Origin: Octopus vulgaris
Taxonomy: Eukaryota
NCBI GenBank assembly: GCA_951406725.2
Contig: OX597814.1
Span: 108,562,001 to 108,626,000 of the forward strand
Length of the DNA stretch: 64,000 nt
Direction of reading: 5' to 3'
A program made the position numbers and the translations under genes. The notes below the pieces were generated by a model. The model ran no database searches. It saw only the letters and a program-made list of their open reading frames with translations, and was not told where the DNA came from. Positions 63,041 through 64,000 of the stretch are shown here, in pieces (position 1 is the stretch's first letter; each line of letters opens with the position of its first letter).

Positions 63041-63539
63041 GACAGGCGTCTTTCAGTTTCCGTCTACCAAATTCACTCACAAATCTTTGGTCGGCCCGAG
63101 GCTATAGTAGAAGACACTTGCCCAAGGTGCCACGCAGTGGGCTGAACCCGGAACCATGTGGTTGGTAAGCAAGCTACTTACCACACAGCCACTCTTTCGT
63201 TATTGTAGCTAATACGTTGTATATTGTTTCGTGTTATATTTAGAATAAATAATATATAAAACTGATTTTCTCTCTTGGAACTAAAGATACCCCAAACATC
63301 CGAGATATGAACGGAATTGCGGGCATTAATATAGACGAAGAAACAGGCGTTATTCTTAGTTTCTAAGGATTTTATAAATATCAAATGCCTTTGTGCGTGT
63401 GTTCCCGAACGCTTAATCCCATGTTAGGGCACGTGTGTGTGGTCGTCTGTATGTTTTGGTTAAACAATTTTGGGCTTCTCAGGATATGGTGGTGAAATAG
63501 ACAAGGGTGGAGAACTGGTGAAAATCATTATGGAGCTCG

Positions 63540-64000
63540 TAGGTACGATAAAATATACCTGCTTTCATGTGGGCAAGGGCTAAGTTTAGGTAGATATCTG
63601 GATACTGAGAGTTTTTAATATACTTTTTTTTTCCACTTTGCTATTCATAGCTTGCACTTTCTGCTATTTCTCAGAGATTTTTCCACTTTATGTTGTATTC
63701 CGTGCCTCTTTCCTTTAACGAGCATACGTGCCTGGCTAAGGCTGTGGCATTTCGTCTCTGGGGTATTGAAGGAAGACTTGGGGGGGTCTTTGTATCTGGT
63801 TCTAAAGGGACCTTCTTTCGCTCCCACATACAACCGCACGTTTAGTTGTTCATTCAGGCCTTTTGCTGTTACCTCTGCTCCATTTACGACTGTTTTCGTG
63901 TTACGGTGGTCATTAAGGGAACATGTGGTGTTACTTTTACATGAGCATACTGCCTGTGTCTCAGATATGTACCGACCTACTAGTATCTCTTTTACACTAG
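63540..64000 (-). mobile_element. Decayed Penelope-like element, GIY-YIG endonuclease region
   Basis: LYVGAKEGPFRTRY...SSF...LSQ resembles the YIG..E..FK.RY..H..SF block of Penelope endonucleases. Confidence 0.65.

Overview
Repeat-rich, AT-rich animal genomic DNA with many (TA)n/(CA)n/(CAT)n microsatellites and SINEs. The SINE repertoire resembles octopus/cephalopod DNA, but that is an inference. No conventional multi-exon host gene is evident. The main feature is the first 15.4 kb, a head-to-tail array of five related Tx1/L1-group non-LTR retroelements. Two are autonomous-type (A and E: ORF1 plus APE-RT-zinc finger ORF2). Three are ~1.7 kb ORF1-only elements (B, C, D) with no trace of ORF2. 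All five share a 3' terminal motif and a 3'-UTR hairpin whose GGGG loop is complementary to a downstream CCCC, with covarying flanks. B-E also share a 5' motif. D and E are bounded by three copies of one 12-bp target duplication, and removing them restores the reading frame of a sixth, older ORF1, so the elements are stacked inside a relative. The same 3' tail ends a SINE at 20.5 kb and a 5'-truncated copy of E at 41.5 kb. The rest of the window holds a decayed Tc1, RTE, RLE-type and Penelope fragments, several hammerhead-ribozyme motifs, MITE families with 8-9 bp TSDs (one nested in itself), and an intact pogo/Tigger (CENP-B-like) ORF whose DDE domain is deleted in frame. All alignments and folds were done by eye.
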